A DNA stretch of 64,000 nt, from the NCBI GenBank assembly GCA_001179505.1, contig CDMY01000055.1:136063-200062 (forward strand), given 5' to 3'. Below are positions 46,208-59,967 of the stretch, piece by piece. This stretch comes from Vitrella brassicaformis CCMP3155. Its lineage: Eukaryota; Protista; Chromerida. A model generated the notes under the pieces. It saw only the letters and a program-made list of their open reading frames with translations. It did not search any database and was not told where the DNA came from. How positions within the stretch are numbered: position 1 is the stretch's first letter; each line of letters opens with the position of its first letter. Both the position numbers and the translations under genes were made by a program.

Positions 46208-49200
46208 TCATTCCTCGGCCTTCTCTCCGACCTCTGCCTGTGCTTCTGGCTGGAGCAAGCTGTCCACTTGTTGAACGAGCACCTTGACTGTGTCGCGGAT
46301 GGCTGATGCTCGGTCGGTCAGGGGCGCAGGCGACAGCTGACGATGACCCCTGCCTGCATCAGTTGCAGCTTCGCGAATAATGCTGCCTGATTGACGGAGA
46401 GAGAGAGAGAGAGAGGAGCACACACACAGACAGTGGTTGGACGGTCAGTTGTCGGTGTGCAAGGCGTGGCGTACCTGCTCCTCTGTGACTGACGGCCAGC
46501 TTTGCCAGCTGCTTTGCAAACATGTGGCAGACCTCATACGCGTCACTGCGCGCTCTCAGGCCAGCTGCAGTGCTCTCTTGGAAGCGAATCGCTTCAGCCC
46601 TCTCTTCGTCAGTCAGAATCAGTGGGCTGCCTTCCACGCGGCTCTCGTGCGGCGGCTGCTGCTGGTGCACGATGCCCCTCCAGGCGACAAAGTACTTGGC
46701 CGATTTGTGCAGCCGCGTCCAACACTGAAACACAGCCACAGACAGAGACACACAGAGACACACGGATTGAGTGGCGTCTCCTCTGAATGACTCTATCTAC
46801 CCGTTTCACAACGGCTTCATCCGTCTCATCGTAATCGTCTCCAGGTTGCTTGGTGCTGAGGTGCATGGGCACTCTCGAGGTCACCGATGTGCGCCTGCCG
46901 CTCTGCTTGTGGAGCGAGGCCGACACGGCGAACATCTTGCCAGCGGCACGGAAGGAGATGCGGGGGGAAGAAGCGGCTTTGTGTAGCTCCCTCTGTATGT
47001 CCTCGATGAGCTTGCGGGCCACCGGAATGAGCGACTCGGATGAGGCGCCGGCTGACGAGCGGGGCGTATTGGGGCACTCGGAGGCTATCCACAAGTCCAA
47101 ATCTGGAAGAATGGAATAACCATTGCAATACCATGTGTGTGTTGTGTCTCATGTGTCAGCCTACCAGTGGCCGCCCATGACAGCAAATCTCTCTGAAAGG
47201 CAGTGTTGGTGAACACTTCCGTCTCGTCCACAGCGGCCTTTGCGGCCTTGCCCCTCTCCCTCGAGCCGTCGCGCGATGCGCCAGGGAAAATGGACCCTCT
47301 CCTGCCCGACTGCCGCCGCTGCCAATCGGCCATCGACACAGTGCTGCCGATGCTGCTTCGCCGCTTGGTGAAGGCCGGCTGGGGGGCCGACAGGAGAAGG
47401 GGGGCTCCTGTCTGCTCAGGGGCCTGGCTGGCCTTCATCGCGTCTCGCAGAAGGTTGACGAATGTCTCGCTGTCGATAGATGAGGGAACGCCCGAGTGCT
47501 CAAGTGCCTCGGCGAACACGGACAGCACGCCGTATGTGAGGGGGCCGTCATGTCCTCCTGCCTGAGGGGTGTACGGTGAGCCGCCCTCCGCCGTCATCCG
47601 CTTGGAAGATATACGCCTCTTGAGAGAGCTCCGCGGGGACAGCGGCTGTGTGTGGCCATCGTCCACAATGCGCTGCTCTTTCATGGCCTGGATGAAGTCT
47701 TTCGGCGAGACCACACACCCTGACAGCCCCGTCGTGCAGTGGGTCTTGAAAGTGCGTAGCAGCAGCACGTCCTCTGCAGCCCTCGCCGTTTGCCACGCCA
47801 GCACCAAATGCCGCACCATGTCGCCCAGACGGACATAGCCGTTCCAGCGAAGCGACGGCGAGGTGGGCGAGAAGGGCGAGGTGGGCGAGGTGGGCGAGCC
47901 GCACTCACTGTCAGCTTCTCCCCCCGCCATGGCCTTTGCCGACATGCGTATGTTGTGCCGCTGGATGAGTGAGAGGTTGGCCAGGGGGTTGGGAAGAGAG
48001 AGGGGGTTCAACTGAGAGGCGACCGCTGCCTCCTTGTTGAGGGCATGGGTGGGGGATCGGTGGGGGTCGACGGTGGAATGCACCACATGGCTATCAACAA
48101 ACTCTATCAAGCTCTGCAATTGTTCACACAGACACATATATACCTTAACCATGATGAGGTAGGAAAGTGAGTGTGTGAGGGCAGTCACCGTGTATTGGTT
48201 GGGATGCGTGGTCGGGTCACACAGCCGAGGCAGCAGGCCCCTCAAACGGTCCAACGGCAACGCTAGGGTGGGAGGATGTAGCGGGGCCTTCTCGCTCAAC
48301 CGTGTCTCCGTCCCCCGACTGATGGCCCCAACAAATGACGGCGAAGAGCCAGTGTCCCCGGGAAGGGCACAGAAGAGCTCCCTCAGCGCTTGAGAGACAT
48401 ACACACCCAAGTCACGCCTGAAGAATGGGTTCTCGTCAGAGAAGATTCCCACGATGCGACCGAACAGGACGCCAACAGAGGACAGCTCCGTCGCCCCCAC
48501 GTCATCTTCAGGAAGCGCCCGCTGTTCGTACTCGCCATCCAGGTACGCACTGCACGATTCATGTTCCCTCCCTCCGCCCTTCGTGTAGGCGTCATCGCCT
48601 CCAGGGAAGAAGTAATGAAGCGACCGCAGAAACGAAAACAGTTCCACCTTAGCGAATGGGACCACTTGGAACTGGTGTAGAAAGTAACAGAAGGTCACGT
48701 GGGCGAGGGAAGGCAGCCTGTTCTGCGGCACATTGTCGTAGAGAGATGGCGCTTGCTCATCGTCTCTCGGCGTCGTCGGTTGCTCGGGTGTGGACACCTG
48801 GCTTGGCACCACAGTCAGCACAGGGCGGCCCTTGCGTCCCGTAGGCGATGATGGCTTCGATGACGGCACGCGAGACAGCTGGACAACAGAGGAGGTGGGC
48901 TTGTGGTAGCTGCGAAGGATGCCGTCATAGTAGGCAAAGATGTGAAGAACCGTCTCGAGAACAAGAGAGAGCGGGCGGAGGGGGAACAGAGTCCATGCAG
49001 AGGTGAATGCCGTGTCGGGCGCCTCCCCACATCGACTGCCGACCAGAAAAGAGTGAAAGTCACCCAGCGGCGGTAGCAATGAAGGGTCCCTGTACACAGT
49101 TGTGGGCAGAGAAAGGACGGCTGGGGTGGCTGGGGCGTGCACAGCTGCTGAGACGGGGCGGACGGCGAGGAATTCATTCCTTGACAGAAAATCCTCGAGC

Positions 49201-51240
49201 AAAGCTGACTCCTGTCGACACCAGCCAGAGCTTGAGGGGATGTTTTTTTTACACCCACCCACCTCAGTCTGCGTCTCGATGGATATGTGCCGCTCCCGAT
49301 ATCGGCGCTTCGGTGACAAATCGAGCTCGGTCACCGCAACCGATGTATCCCGTTCCACCTCTGCTGTTCTCCCAAGGTCGATCTTCAATTGGGAGACCTC
49401 AGATCTCACTGGACTGATGTCGTCCTTGTGCAGCGGGGATGCCTCGCTCCTGTCTGCGTCTTCCTCCTCCAAATGATCCTCGTACAAGAGGTTGTACCGT
49501 GCCCGGGATAAATCGATGCGCCGAATGGTCTGCAGGCGTGACAGCCGTGAGTGGATCCGATGATTCCAGGCATCTCACCTGCTGCAGGTCGCTGCACTTC
49601 GTCTGCAGCCGGAGGTTGATGTTGAGCTGCTCAGACATGACCTTGTGAGCGTCCCTGGCGCGCCGCGTCATGGCGTGCAGCGCCTTGTGCTGCGTGTCTC
49701 GATATTTGTTCAATGCCCTCAGAAGTTCCTCCCAGTAATCCATGACGAAGATACGTAGATGCTGCACACACGGGGCGTGGCTCGGGAGGGAGCTGACTAG
49801 GTGACGCTGAGGCAAGGACACAGGGGACTCCGGAGATTCACAGAACGTCTGAAAGTAGCTTACTTGCAGTTCCAGCATCTGACCCTCGTATACTTCTAGA
49901 ATCCTCCTGAACTCACTCAACATGCCGTCGCTGGCTTCACAACATCGCCATGCCTCATCGATGTCGTCAACCAGCCAGTCCTTGCGCAGCAGAGTGTCAA
50001 CACTCTCGACACTTTTTTCGCACTTCACGGCCTCTCCTGCCTCTTCCGTGTCTTCCACTTCATCTTCTCTCAGCCCGGCACCGCGCAGAAACGAGTCATA
50101 GAAGGTCTTGGGAGGCGGCAGCTTCTCACTACGAAGCATGTTGTACAGGGATGCGATCAAGTACCGTGCGTCCTCCTCGCCAACGCCGCACTCGGGCTCT
50201 TGTGCCGGCTTCTCGGTCGTTGTATCTTCCTGTGTTTGCTCGACCTCTTTCTCCGCCTCTCTCCATCCTCTCTGCTGTGTCGCTCCAGCAGTGGTGGGGA
50301 GACGTGTGGATGACGAGGCCGTGCGAGACGCCGGCGAGACCGCCCTTTCACTCGTCTCGACAATTGCCAGCTGGGCCTTTTGCTTCGGCGATGGCCGGCG
50401 GGGTCTTGCTGGAGCAGTCCGCGAGGGCGATTCCTGTCTCTCTCCATGTTTCTCGGTCATCGCTGCCTCAGACACCGGCAAAGGCGCAGGCCCTTCACCG
50501 AGATGAATTGTAGTCGACGCGGGCCGCCGCTGCTGTCCCAGCTCGATAGGCTTGACCTTGGCAGATGCCGCCGTGCCTGGACACGATGGGCCAATGCCTC
50601 GCAGGTCGGTAGGCTCCCTCAAGGACAGGGAGAACCGGTGTGACATGTTTGGCCGGGACAAGTCTTGTCTCTGCATGAGCTCGGTCATCGGCCGACAGCC
50701 GTCGCACTTGCGAGAAGGGGGATGGCCGGGGGAGGGGGAGGGAGGGGGGGACGATGCGGCGGGCGAGGGCTGCCTCCTTCTTTTCTTGGCCTTGGTTGAC
50801 GCCTCCTCGCGGAGCACAGTGGTCGTGAGGTCTGTTGCTGCTGGCTGTGGGTGCATCCGCTCAAGCTCCGCAAGATACGACTCAAAGCCTGGATGAATGA
50901 ATCCACCCAAAACACACAGGTCTGTAGAGTGCCTGTCTGCCTGTGTCCGCTCGTGCTGCTCATTGCTTGGTCAGATTACTCAAGAGACTTTCCACAGCCC
51001 CACGCCACTCCTGATATGAACTCTGTGGCGGCTCGTCCGGCAGCGTCCTTTCGTCGCTGAACATGCTCAGACCTGCGTTGTCAAAGAGCCTGCATTCATA
51101 CGACACAGTGTCACACAGTGATGGCGCAGGAGGATGGCCGGCCACGAAGACACTATCAGATCCTTCATCTCCAGCCCCGACCTGTCATCTGTTTCGTCAG
51201 CTTTCCCCCCAAGACGCGATGCCTTGAACGGTGTTTTCAT
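46208..51240 (-). CDS. Large hypothetical protein with coiled-coil and low-complexity S/P/R regions
   Basis: Long exon ORFs of 503 and 800 aa (49399-50910, 47085-49487) with a coiled-coil (ELLRALNKYRD...LRLQTKCSDLQQ) and a helical block FCYFLHQFQVVPFAKVELFSFLRSL. The 5' start is approximate. Confidence 0.7.
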
Positions 51241-51475
51241 CCCAACATTCTCAACTCGGTGGGTGAAGGGATACCTTCCAACTTCACAAACAAAAGAGCA
51301 TGGGGTGTGACTCACAATAAATCACTCTCACCTGTCGTGTTTTCCTCTTGCAAGGGGCGCATAGGATTCATTGTCATCGTTTTCTTCATGGCAGTTGGCG
51401 AGCTTAGCCCGCTGGGGGCTTCCTGGGGGCGAGACGCAAACTTCAACAAAGCATTCAATTGTCAGCTGTAGCGCA

Positions 51476-54400
51476 ATGGCCAGAGTCATGCAGGATTCGG
51501 CTACTGCTTTGCTGCGGCATCTTGCAGTCCGCAGCAGAGAGGATGACATCGCAGCGTCTGATGTGTTCAGCCCGGTGCCTCACGGCCGCAATGCATCGGA
51601 GGGCCTCAACCCGACGGTGGTCTACTTCGTTATCGGCCTCTACATCCTCTGCGGTACCCTACTGCTCGTGGCACTCAATGCAGATGCCGCAGACAGGCGG
51701 TTCAAGGCACTCAAGGCCAAGGCGGAGAAGAGCAGCACGCAGCAGGGACGGCGCAAGTCGTCCCTCATGTCGCCCGTGTCCTACAGAGGCTCACTTGCCA
51801 GGATCGAGCAAATCGTCGGTAAGAAATCGCTGCCGGAAGACGTGATAGCGTCGGCATTGGCCGACCAGCTGATGAAGGAAGCGGTGACAATTAAGCAGTT
51901 GGGGCTGCAGACGGCTAATGGGGAGGCGGAGGGCTCTGCAAGGGCGTCCGGGAGGGGCTCCGGGAGGCGGAGCACGGTGTATGAGGACCCCGCCCCGTTT
52001 GTCTTCTCGATGGAGGGGGACTTGTTGGTCAAGCCTATATCGAGCAGCGGATACTTCAGCATCCAGCTGAAAAGGTGATGGATGCGTACTGTGTCTGCTC
52101 ACCGCATACGTGCATTCCCTGTTCTCCGCCTGTGGGTGCATGCATGCAGTTTTCTGTCCTTCTTCCTGAACCACCACCTGTTCCTCTCTCTCTTTTCGGC
52201 CTCCCTCCCGGCCTTCTCGCGCATCAAGCGCACCTTCTATGCGTGCTGGGTGCTGCACATGTGCTGCCTCCTGGCCGGCATCGTCGTCAACTACCACGAG
52301 CTATCGCTCGACAGCGGTGAAAGCCACGACATGCTGGCCACGGTGCAGGGCAGTGTCTATGCCGCCATTGTGCTGTATCCCTTCTACCGGTACTTTCTGT
52401 ACCTGTTGCGCCACACCTACTACCACGAGCTGAACCCTTTGTTTCGGCCTGAGTTCCCGCCACTCAACATTCGGAAGTTTGCACACATCCCCGATAAGAC
52501 ATTTCTCGAATGGGTGAGTTTGTGAGTCGGACTGGCTGAGCTGGTGGTATCTGAATCAGCATGCTGTCTCTGTGATCGCTCAGGTGTTGTGCATGCGAAA
52601 TGCGCACGAGCGTCGGCTGGTGTGGGTATTCCAGCAGCGGGGTCTCAGCCACCGGTTCTGGACAGTCCTGTGGCGGTCGATCCGATCCACACTCACAGGC
52701 AGCATTTACAAGAGATACGGGTGGGTCAAAGAGGCACGAGAGGAGAGACACACAGACACGCGCACAAAAAAGGACGTTGGTTTGTGGTGGCTCGTGTAGT
52801 CGGCTGACGTCCTTTCTGCTGCTCTTGACATTGCTGATATCAGCTGGCTTGGCCACGGCCTACCTTTTAGAGGTCACCGGGCGCCTGCCCAGCGACGTCA
52901 TCCAATACTGGTAACACCTGACACACATGTGTGGACACGAGAGACACATATATATGTCTCTCTTTTTTCTGCCTTGGCTGTACCCACACATTCACTCCTG
53001 GATATATGTCAGGGCAGTGGGTTTGGTTACTGTGTTTGTGGTGTTGGTGTTTGTGCTGGAGCCGCTGTCGCTCTTCTTCTGGCACGTCATCTACACGTCA
53101 TGGGTGCGCGCAGGGGCGAGAAAACACCAGGTAACCACCCACAGCCAGCCAGTCAGCCAGCCAGTCAGCCAGCCAGCCACGGACTCACCTGCTTCTACGT
53201 GTCAGTTTGCCTACTGTGGCCGCGAGCTGGTGGGCCTTCCACAGAACATCGAGCTGGCAAAAGTGGCAGACAACAACGTGTTCAAAGTGAGTGAGACAAG
53301 ATGAGATGAGACGACGCGAGACCCAACCGACGGGTAATGCCTCATTGGTTATTGCCTACATCGATCAGCGTGCAGAGGAGGTGGCTGCCCGTCGGCTGCA
53401 GCGCTTGTGGCGGTCCAAGAGCGCGTCATGGGTCGACCGGGGCGAGAAGGTCCGCTCCGTCACCAAGATACAGGCCGCCAGGAGGCGGACCATCGCCCAA
53501 CGAAAGTAGGATCTCATCCCACTCCTCAACACAGACAGACCGCAGGGCGTCCACATACCCATCGACACGTGCTTGGCATACAGATATGCGCGTGACCGCC
53601 TGTGGCACATGGACATAGAGGTGTTCGCCTGCAAAAAGCTCAGGTCAGCTTTGACGCATGCATCCATCATGCGGAGACCACTCGGTCACTTCGTGTGTCT
53701 CTGTGCCCCATGCAGGATGGTAGCTCTCGAGGGTTTGATGAACCCTTTTGTCCGCTTTGCGTGCGACAAAGGTGATCAATCCACAAATGCAAAACTGCTG
53801 GCACATCGTGTGTGTCCGTGTGGTGTGGTGTGGTGTGGTGTGTATGCGGCCAGGCAATCCTGAGACATATGAGACTGACGTCGATTGGGAGGCCAACCAG
53901 AACCCGAAATTCAAGGCCAACAACCGATTCAAAATAGACATCAAAGTCAGCAATCGACACAGTCTGTCTGTCAATCATCTTCTCACCCAGTCGACACGTC
54001 ATGTGTGTGCGCTACAGGATGCAGCCCTCTTGTGGGTGTCAGTGTGGAACAGGACCATTCACACGGATGACTTCATCGGTGAGAGACAGACATGTGTGTG
54101 TGTACAGCCTGTCTCGCAGCTGCCGTGTCTCACTGGCTGTTCGTCCATATCTCTCCCTCGTCTGGCTGCCTGCATCTGTTCTGTCTGAATGTGTGAGCAG
54201 GCCGCGCCACCTTGGTGTTTGATGAGTACAAGAGCAAGAAGCAGAGGACCACCGACCTGTGGATACCGTTGTATGACAGAATACAAGAAGACCCGGTCAG
54301 TCAGTCAGACAGACACACAGACAGACAGACGCACACGCACCAATACGGAGGCGAGGGACTGATTTGCGCCATTCTCGCCCATGCTTGTGCAGTCTGCGGT

Positions 54401-54686
54401 CACCGACAAGGCTTCGGAAAGGCCGCTGGGCAATCTGTCTGGCGAAGTGCACATCAGATTCACATTCAAGGACCCCCTCAAGGTCAGTCGCCCACAATGA
54501 GACCAGACCCGACTTGTATACACACGTTGGCCACTTTGATGGTGCAATATGTCAAAACGGCCTTTGCAGGAGGACTGCGGTGACGATTCTTGGATGCTGC
54601 CCAAGCACAAGATTCTGCTGCAGAAGGGCGCCGCCAGCACGGCGCCGCCCGCGACAGTTGTCACCGCACCGACAAGAAAGTATTGA
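51476..54686 (+). CDS. Multipass membrane protein with polycystin(PKD1)-like TM segment, two IQ motifs and a C2 domain
   Basis: FLNHHLFLSLF...PAFSRIKRTFYACWVL resembles PKD1-like HxWxSxFxxPxxSxFTRxQR. IQ motifs AARRLQRLWRS and VTKIQAARRR. C2 strands MDIEVFACKKL, MNPFVRF, NPKF, LLWVSVWNR and DDFIGRATL. The last exon ends RKY*. Confidence 0.75.
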
Positions 54687-55021
54687 TTGCCTGGCGGTGC
54701 AAGGTGAATGTGCGTGTTTCTATTGTCGTTGCTCCACAGCACTCGACTCGATAGATGCGTGTCTCCGTCTTTATTTGTGGATTCATCCGTTGATACATCG
54801 TGACGCCATTAGCACTGGCTGGATTTCTTTCGGTGCAGTCAGTTTCGCTAAGGCAATGTCATGCACGCCCCACGCAGCCAAGAAAAAAAGGACCTAATCG
54901 GTCCGCACACAGACTAGCCCCCACACAAGGCCACGCACACAGTAAGCCACAAGTATACGCGACAAGCAGCCAAAGTCACAGAAACAAGGCAGCTATAGAT
55001 TCCCTACGACGTGGGCACCGC

Positions 55022-58000
55022 TCATGAACTCAGTTCGGCTGCCCATGAGCAGTCCTGACAGTCACTGACGCCGCTCGTCGCATAGATGGACATAACCCGC
55101 CCCGTGGCACAGCCGTGATCGTCTTCAGCAGCATCCTTGTGCTCATGAATGACCTCCCTGAACCGTGTCACGTTGCCCCCTGCATGAATGCATCAATGCA
55201 CCACACGGACACAGACAAGCCTGCAAGGTTGACGCTCCTCCGCGACTGATTTGCGCACATGAGGGTCGGCGTTCGAGAATGTACTGCTGGTACTCGTCGA
55301 CGCAGACAAGGCCATCCTTGTTCGTGTCCATTGTGTGCCACAGGGCCCTGCCGAGCTCGCAGAAGGCCACGCAATCGGACGGGAAATCCACGATATCGTA
55401 TGTGACTCCACATGGCTTCCATTTGTTCACCACTGACAGAAACTGCACAGGCACAAACAGAGACCACAGGCCATCAACGCCCCAAGAGGCTGTTGTCTCT
55501 CACTTACACTTTTCGATTGGGTGTGGAAGCAGTCGGTATAGCATATCGGATTGTACTCCAGCAGTAGCAACTCCAGCGTGTCTTTCATTTTTGTGATGCT
55601 CGCTGGCAGGCTTGTCACACTGTTGACCCGCAGGTCGATGAATCGGAGACGTGGCAGGCTCGCGATCCACTCTGGCACCTCAGAGATACGGCTGAGAGCA
55701 AAGTTCACGTACTCAAGATTTGGCAGTTTCTCAAGCCCACGAGGGACCTCCTAGAGAGGACATACACAGAAAGACGCACTCATGACGTCTCTTCTTTGTT
55801 TGTCAAAAAAGTCTGTGTGTACCTCTAGTTCGGTGTGCCATCCTGTGATATACCTCAAGCTTTTTTGCCTAGCCAGTCCTTTGCTGCTCAGCTCTCTTAT
55901 TGGGTGGCGGAGGACGGTCCCATTGTCGGCACTGTCAGCCTCTATCGAGCCAAATCCAATCCCTGCTCACCAGCGGGCCACGTGCACACAGAGACAAATC
56001 TGTCACATCCATTCGCGAGCGCCTTCAGCAAACCTTGCAACGTCGAAAAGAAGTCCAATCCAGCGTTTATGTGGGCGGCTGACATGTTTGTGACTTTAGT
56101 GCAAGCCATGTAGACACAGTTGCAGGGGAGCCCGCGTGGGAGACCACGCAATATCTGATACGGGACGACGACTGGGTAGGTCTGCACATATGTCCACAAA
56201 CAGACGCAGGCGTTTGCGTGAAGGACGTTATCGATCCTACTTGCCTTTTGTATACACTGTCCCCAACTCGGTATGTTGTCCTCCGTACACACGTAGTGAG
56301 CCCGTAGACGATTGACGACCTCATGAATTGCGTAGAAAGATGTGAAAGCCAGCCAGAGAACACCAAGGGCCAAGAAGATGGTCTCTTTACCACAGAGGAA
56401 GACAAAGAGGGGAGAGAGAAGTCAGAAGAATCCAAGAGTGTCTCTACCACAGCGACGAATCCAGACAGAATCGCCGCGGATCGCTGCAAGACAAAGAGAG
56501 CGCGAGAAGTTCTTGCGTATGCACATTTGTTTCTCTCTCTGTTTGCCTACAGCTTCCTCTGTTGGCGATGAATTCAACGCCGACACTGCCTCCTCTCCGC
56601 GAGACACACGGGACCTCAGTGCTGCCACGTGTCTCCCGCAAAGCCAACTTGCGAGAGCAGAACTCTCTCTCCTCCCGCATTGCCTCCTCCTCTTCCTCCT
56701 TGATAAAGTCTTCGACTTGTAATACTGAGGTGATCTGCCTTCGGATCCGTTGCGCACTCTAAAACATAAAATAGCAGCGATGAGTCAAGATTTGTGATGT
56801 GGTTGGTCTTCATGTTCTTAGCTCACAAGATCATGGGTCTTCATCCTTTGCAAAGCCATCGATGCCATCCGAAACAGGGAAGGCTTAGCCGGCACATGCT
56901 CACTCTCACTATCATCGCCCAGGGTGTCGTCCGAAGGGAGAATCTTCTGCAGTCGCCTCGGCGAGTTGCCAGTCTTGTCCTCCAAACGAGCACCTTCTGG
57001 TGAGCAACCGGTCATCTCGACCATTGAGTGGCGCGCAATGCTGTGATCTGCCGATTTCTTGGTGGATCGCAGAGAAGCTGTGCCTTCGATAGTCCATCTT
57101 TTGGCATGGGTGGAGCATAGGGAGACACTTCTATCGTTGTCTCTCTCAGGCTCGGGCTCGGTCAGGAGTAACGACGATAGCTCGGAATCGGTGGATAGCT
57201 GCCTGCCTTGCAGACCCCCCTCTTCATATGCCTTGACTCTTGGCACAGTCACACTTCCTTCCACTGGGATGCTCTCCACTGAAGCTCTCATCGACTCTGC
57301 ACGTGTCTCGCCGCTGATCTTCTCGGCGCTATGTTGTTGCTCATTCTGGTCGTCCTCGGTCAGCGTTCGATCGGCAGACAGCTGATGCTGTACTTGTCGC
57401 TCCAGTTGTTGCAAGTGCCACAAGTCAGAGAAGCCCTTGCATAGCATGAGGGCATGGAGGGTTCGCAGCTCATGTAAAGCCATCGCGCTTGGCAGATAAT
57501 ACGTCAGGAACGCAAACTGGTTCTGGCTTGTGAGGGCTCGCCAGTTCCCGCCCCACGAGGGATTCAAATAAAGCTGAGATGCCACCGTATGAAATGCGTA
57601 GCAAAGACTGAAAACGAGGCTGACGCTGATGCCGAAGCCGCGTTTCTTCCGAACGAAGGCAATGACCATAGAGAGAGCGTGTAGACAGATCATGGACGAA
57701 AGAATAAATCACAGACCCCAGGTGGAGGCGGGCACGTCCTGTAAAACAAAAAAGAGACATGACGGAGTGAACAATCTTTTGCGTGTCTCATACTTGCAAG
57801 GAGAGACGCGGCCACAACTCTTCGTCATACACGGTTATAAGCTCTACCACAAACCAACTCATAACTAAGAATGTCCGTAAAGGCCTGCTTCCTACCGAAA
57901 CCACCGAGCACCATGTTGATATGCGTCTGCAGCATCATTTTTACGAGTTCTCTCAGCCAAATCAACACCCAAAAGCCACGCCCACTGATACCTACCCATC

Positions 58001-58967
58001 GATACCTAAACAAACCATAGAAAAAAGATTCGCTTTCATTCGCTTCACACATCCATTCTTACACACCAGAAAAGATACATCCTTGTCTGCACCACGGACA
58101 GCACTGTTCGGGTGCTTTCGCATATTGTCAGTCGCTTCTCTGTGCCGTCGTCAATGCTGCTGAGGATGGTGCCACTCCGCCATGTGAGTGACTGTCGTTG
58201 TAGGGCCGAATCGCAAGTAATGGCCCGTTTATATCGCCAATAGCGTTTGAACCGCCACACCTGCACGGTCCTTCGCCAGAGACACGTGTGATTAATGAGG
58301 ACGGCCAGTGCGGCGAGGAAGTAGCAGAGCCAGGCTGTTGAGTAGAAGAGTGTCAGTGGAGTCCACTTGACTCGCACATCCTTCGGTCTCGGGCGAACGA
58401 CAGCTTTCGCAAAGTATTCCGCCTGCATGCACGTCCACACACCAATGTTTCAAATGTTGTATCTCTTCAGCTGACAGCACTTTACATTTTGGAAACGCGG
58501 TATCTCGTCTTTTGAGTACATTTCTGCATCCACAACAAACAATGTATCGTTTGCGGGTTTGGGTTCCTCAAGCACCACGCACCAATCGGTAGTGGCTCCA
58601 GGCATTCGGCCTGACAGCGTAGAATGGCGATTGTCCCAAGCAAGACGAGCACGACTAAAAGGAGATAGTTGAAGACCGTCGTCACGTCCCTGTAGTGCGA
58701 TTGCTTGAGGAAGCTCAGCTCATCATCCTTCAAATTCCCAAGCGTCGTGCAAGTCACCGAGCCCTTCCTCCCATGTTTCTCGCTCCCGTCAGCCAGCGAC
58801 TTGCGGCGTCTGCGGGGCGCAATGCTTGGGGCGATTTCATCGAGGTCGTCGGCGAATGCTTGAGCTACCCGCGTCTTCGTGACCTCATCGTCATCGGACG
58901 GGGCCCTCGGGAGTTGGGCAGGGAATATGCTTGTCAGGGCTTCGCTTGCTCGCCTGACTGTCCGCAT
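55022..58967 (-). CDS. Multipass membrane protein with C-terminal LRRs and an EF-hand
   Basis: Several TM segments (VFNYLLLVVLVLLG; AWLCYFLAALAVLI; GISVSLVFSLCYAF; LGVLWLAFTSFYAI), LRRs VPRGLEKLPNLEYVNFALSRISEVPEWIASLPRLRFIDLRVNSVTSLP, and EF-hand loop DTNKDGLVCVDEY. Confidence 0.7.
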
Positions 58968-59967
58968 GAGAAAAAGAGAGACGGGGCGACCTCAGAGCCA
59001 GCGATGTGACCCCTGCACGCAGAAATTTAACACAGAGAGAGAGAGACGCTCTCAAGAAGTAAGAAATGAGGGGAGGGCCTTACCACGAGTTGGGGTGCGT
59101 TCATGAGCGCTCCATTGGTGAGCGCTCTTGACCGTCTGCGGACGTTCACGACCCCCCAAAAGCACCCAGCTGAGGGGAGTGCTCTAGGCTACTTTTTTTC
59201 CGCCCGTTCGTCGGATCGGTCCTTCCGGGGTTGCCAATCGACAGTTCGCCGAAGAAAACAACACAGACACACGAAAAGACGCCAGAAAAGCGCGTGCGGA
59301 AGAGAGGGAGAGAGAGCAGCGTCGGAGGCCTCCTAAAAGGCCCTCACGCACACGGCGAACAGAGCTCGGGTGAGAAACACACAGTATGGCGATATAAAGC
59401 AGACTTACCTCGTCATTCTTGACGTGTATGTGTGCCAGATCAGCAGCCAGAGAGCGTTGGAGGTGAGAGGACCGTCAGCCTCTCGAGTAGCCAGAGCAGC
59501 GTCAGAGGTGAGAGGACATTCAGTTTGTGGTGTATCACCCAGGTATTACCTGTGATCGTTACGGTATTACTCTTTTCTGGTGGCGTAGGTTTCGTACGGA
59601 CGGTCGGTCGGTCACTGCCTAAGGTGCGAGACGGTGTGTTTCATATGAGACAGACGTTCCAAGACGAAGATGTAGAAGAGAACACAGACAACACCATGAC
59701 AAACATGTACGAAAACACGTAAGGACACGCAACAGAAACCATCGATTGTCAACAGGCCAAGACACCGAGGCGTCTGGACATGCACATCGTATCAAATCAC
59801 ACGCAAAAAGGTGAGAACAGTCCTGGCGATCAATAGAGAGACACATACAGCACTGGCACGGATGCAGACAGAGCATGAGCATTGCAACACGACAGAACGA
59901 CAAGCAGGACAGCTAATAGTAAGCCAATAAATATACACATGCACTGCACACATATACACAAAGAAAG

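Noticed and set aside
59432-59722. 96-aa ORF with a TM-like segment and internal ~40-bp duplication
   Set aside because: It has weak codon bias, contains splice-donor-like sites and shows no recognisable homology, so it cannot be supported as a CDS.
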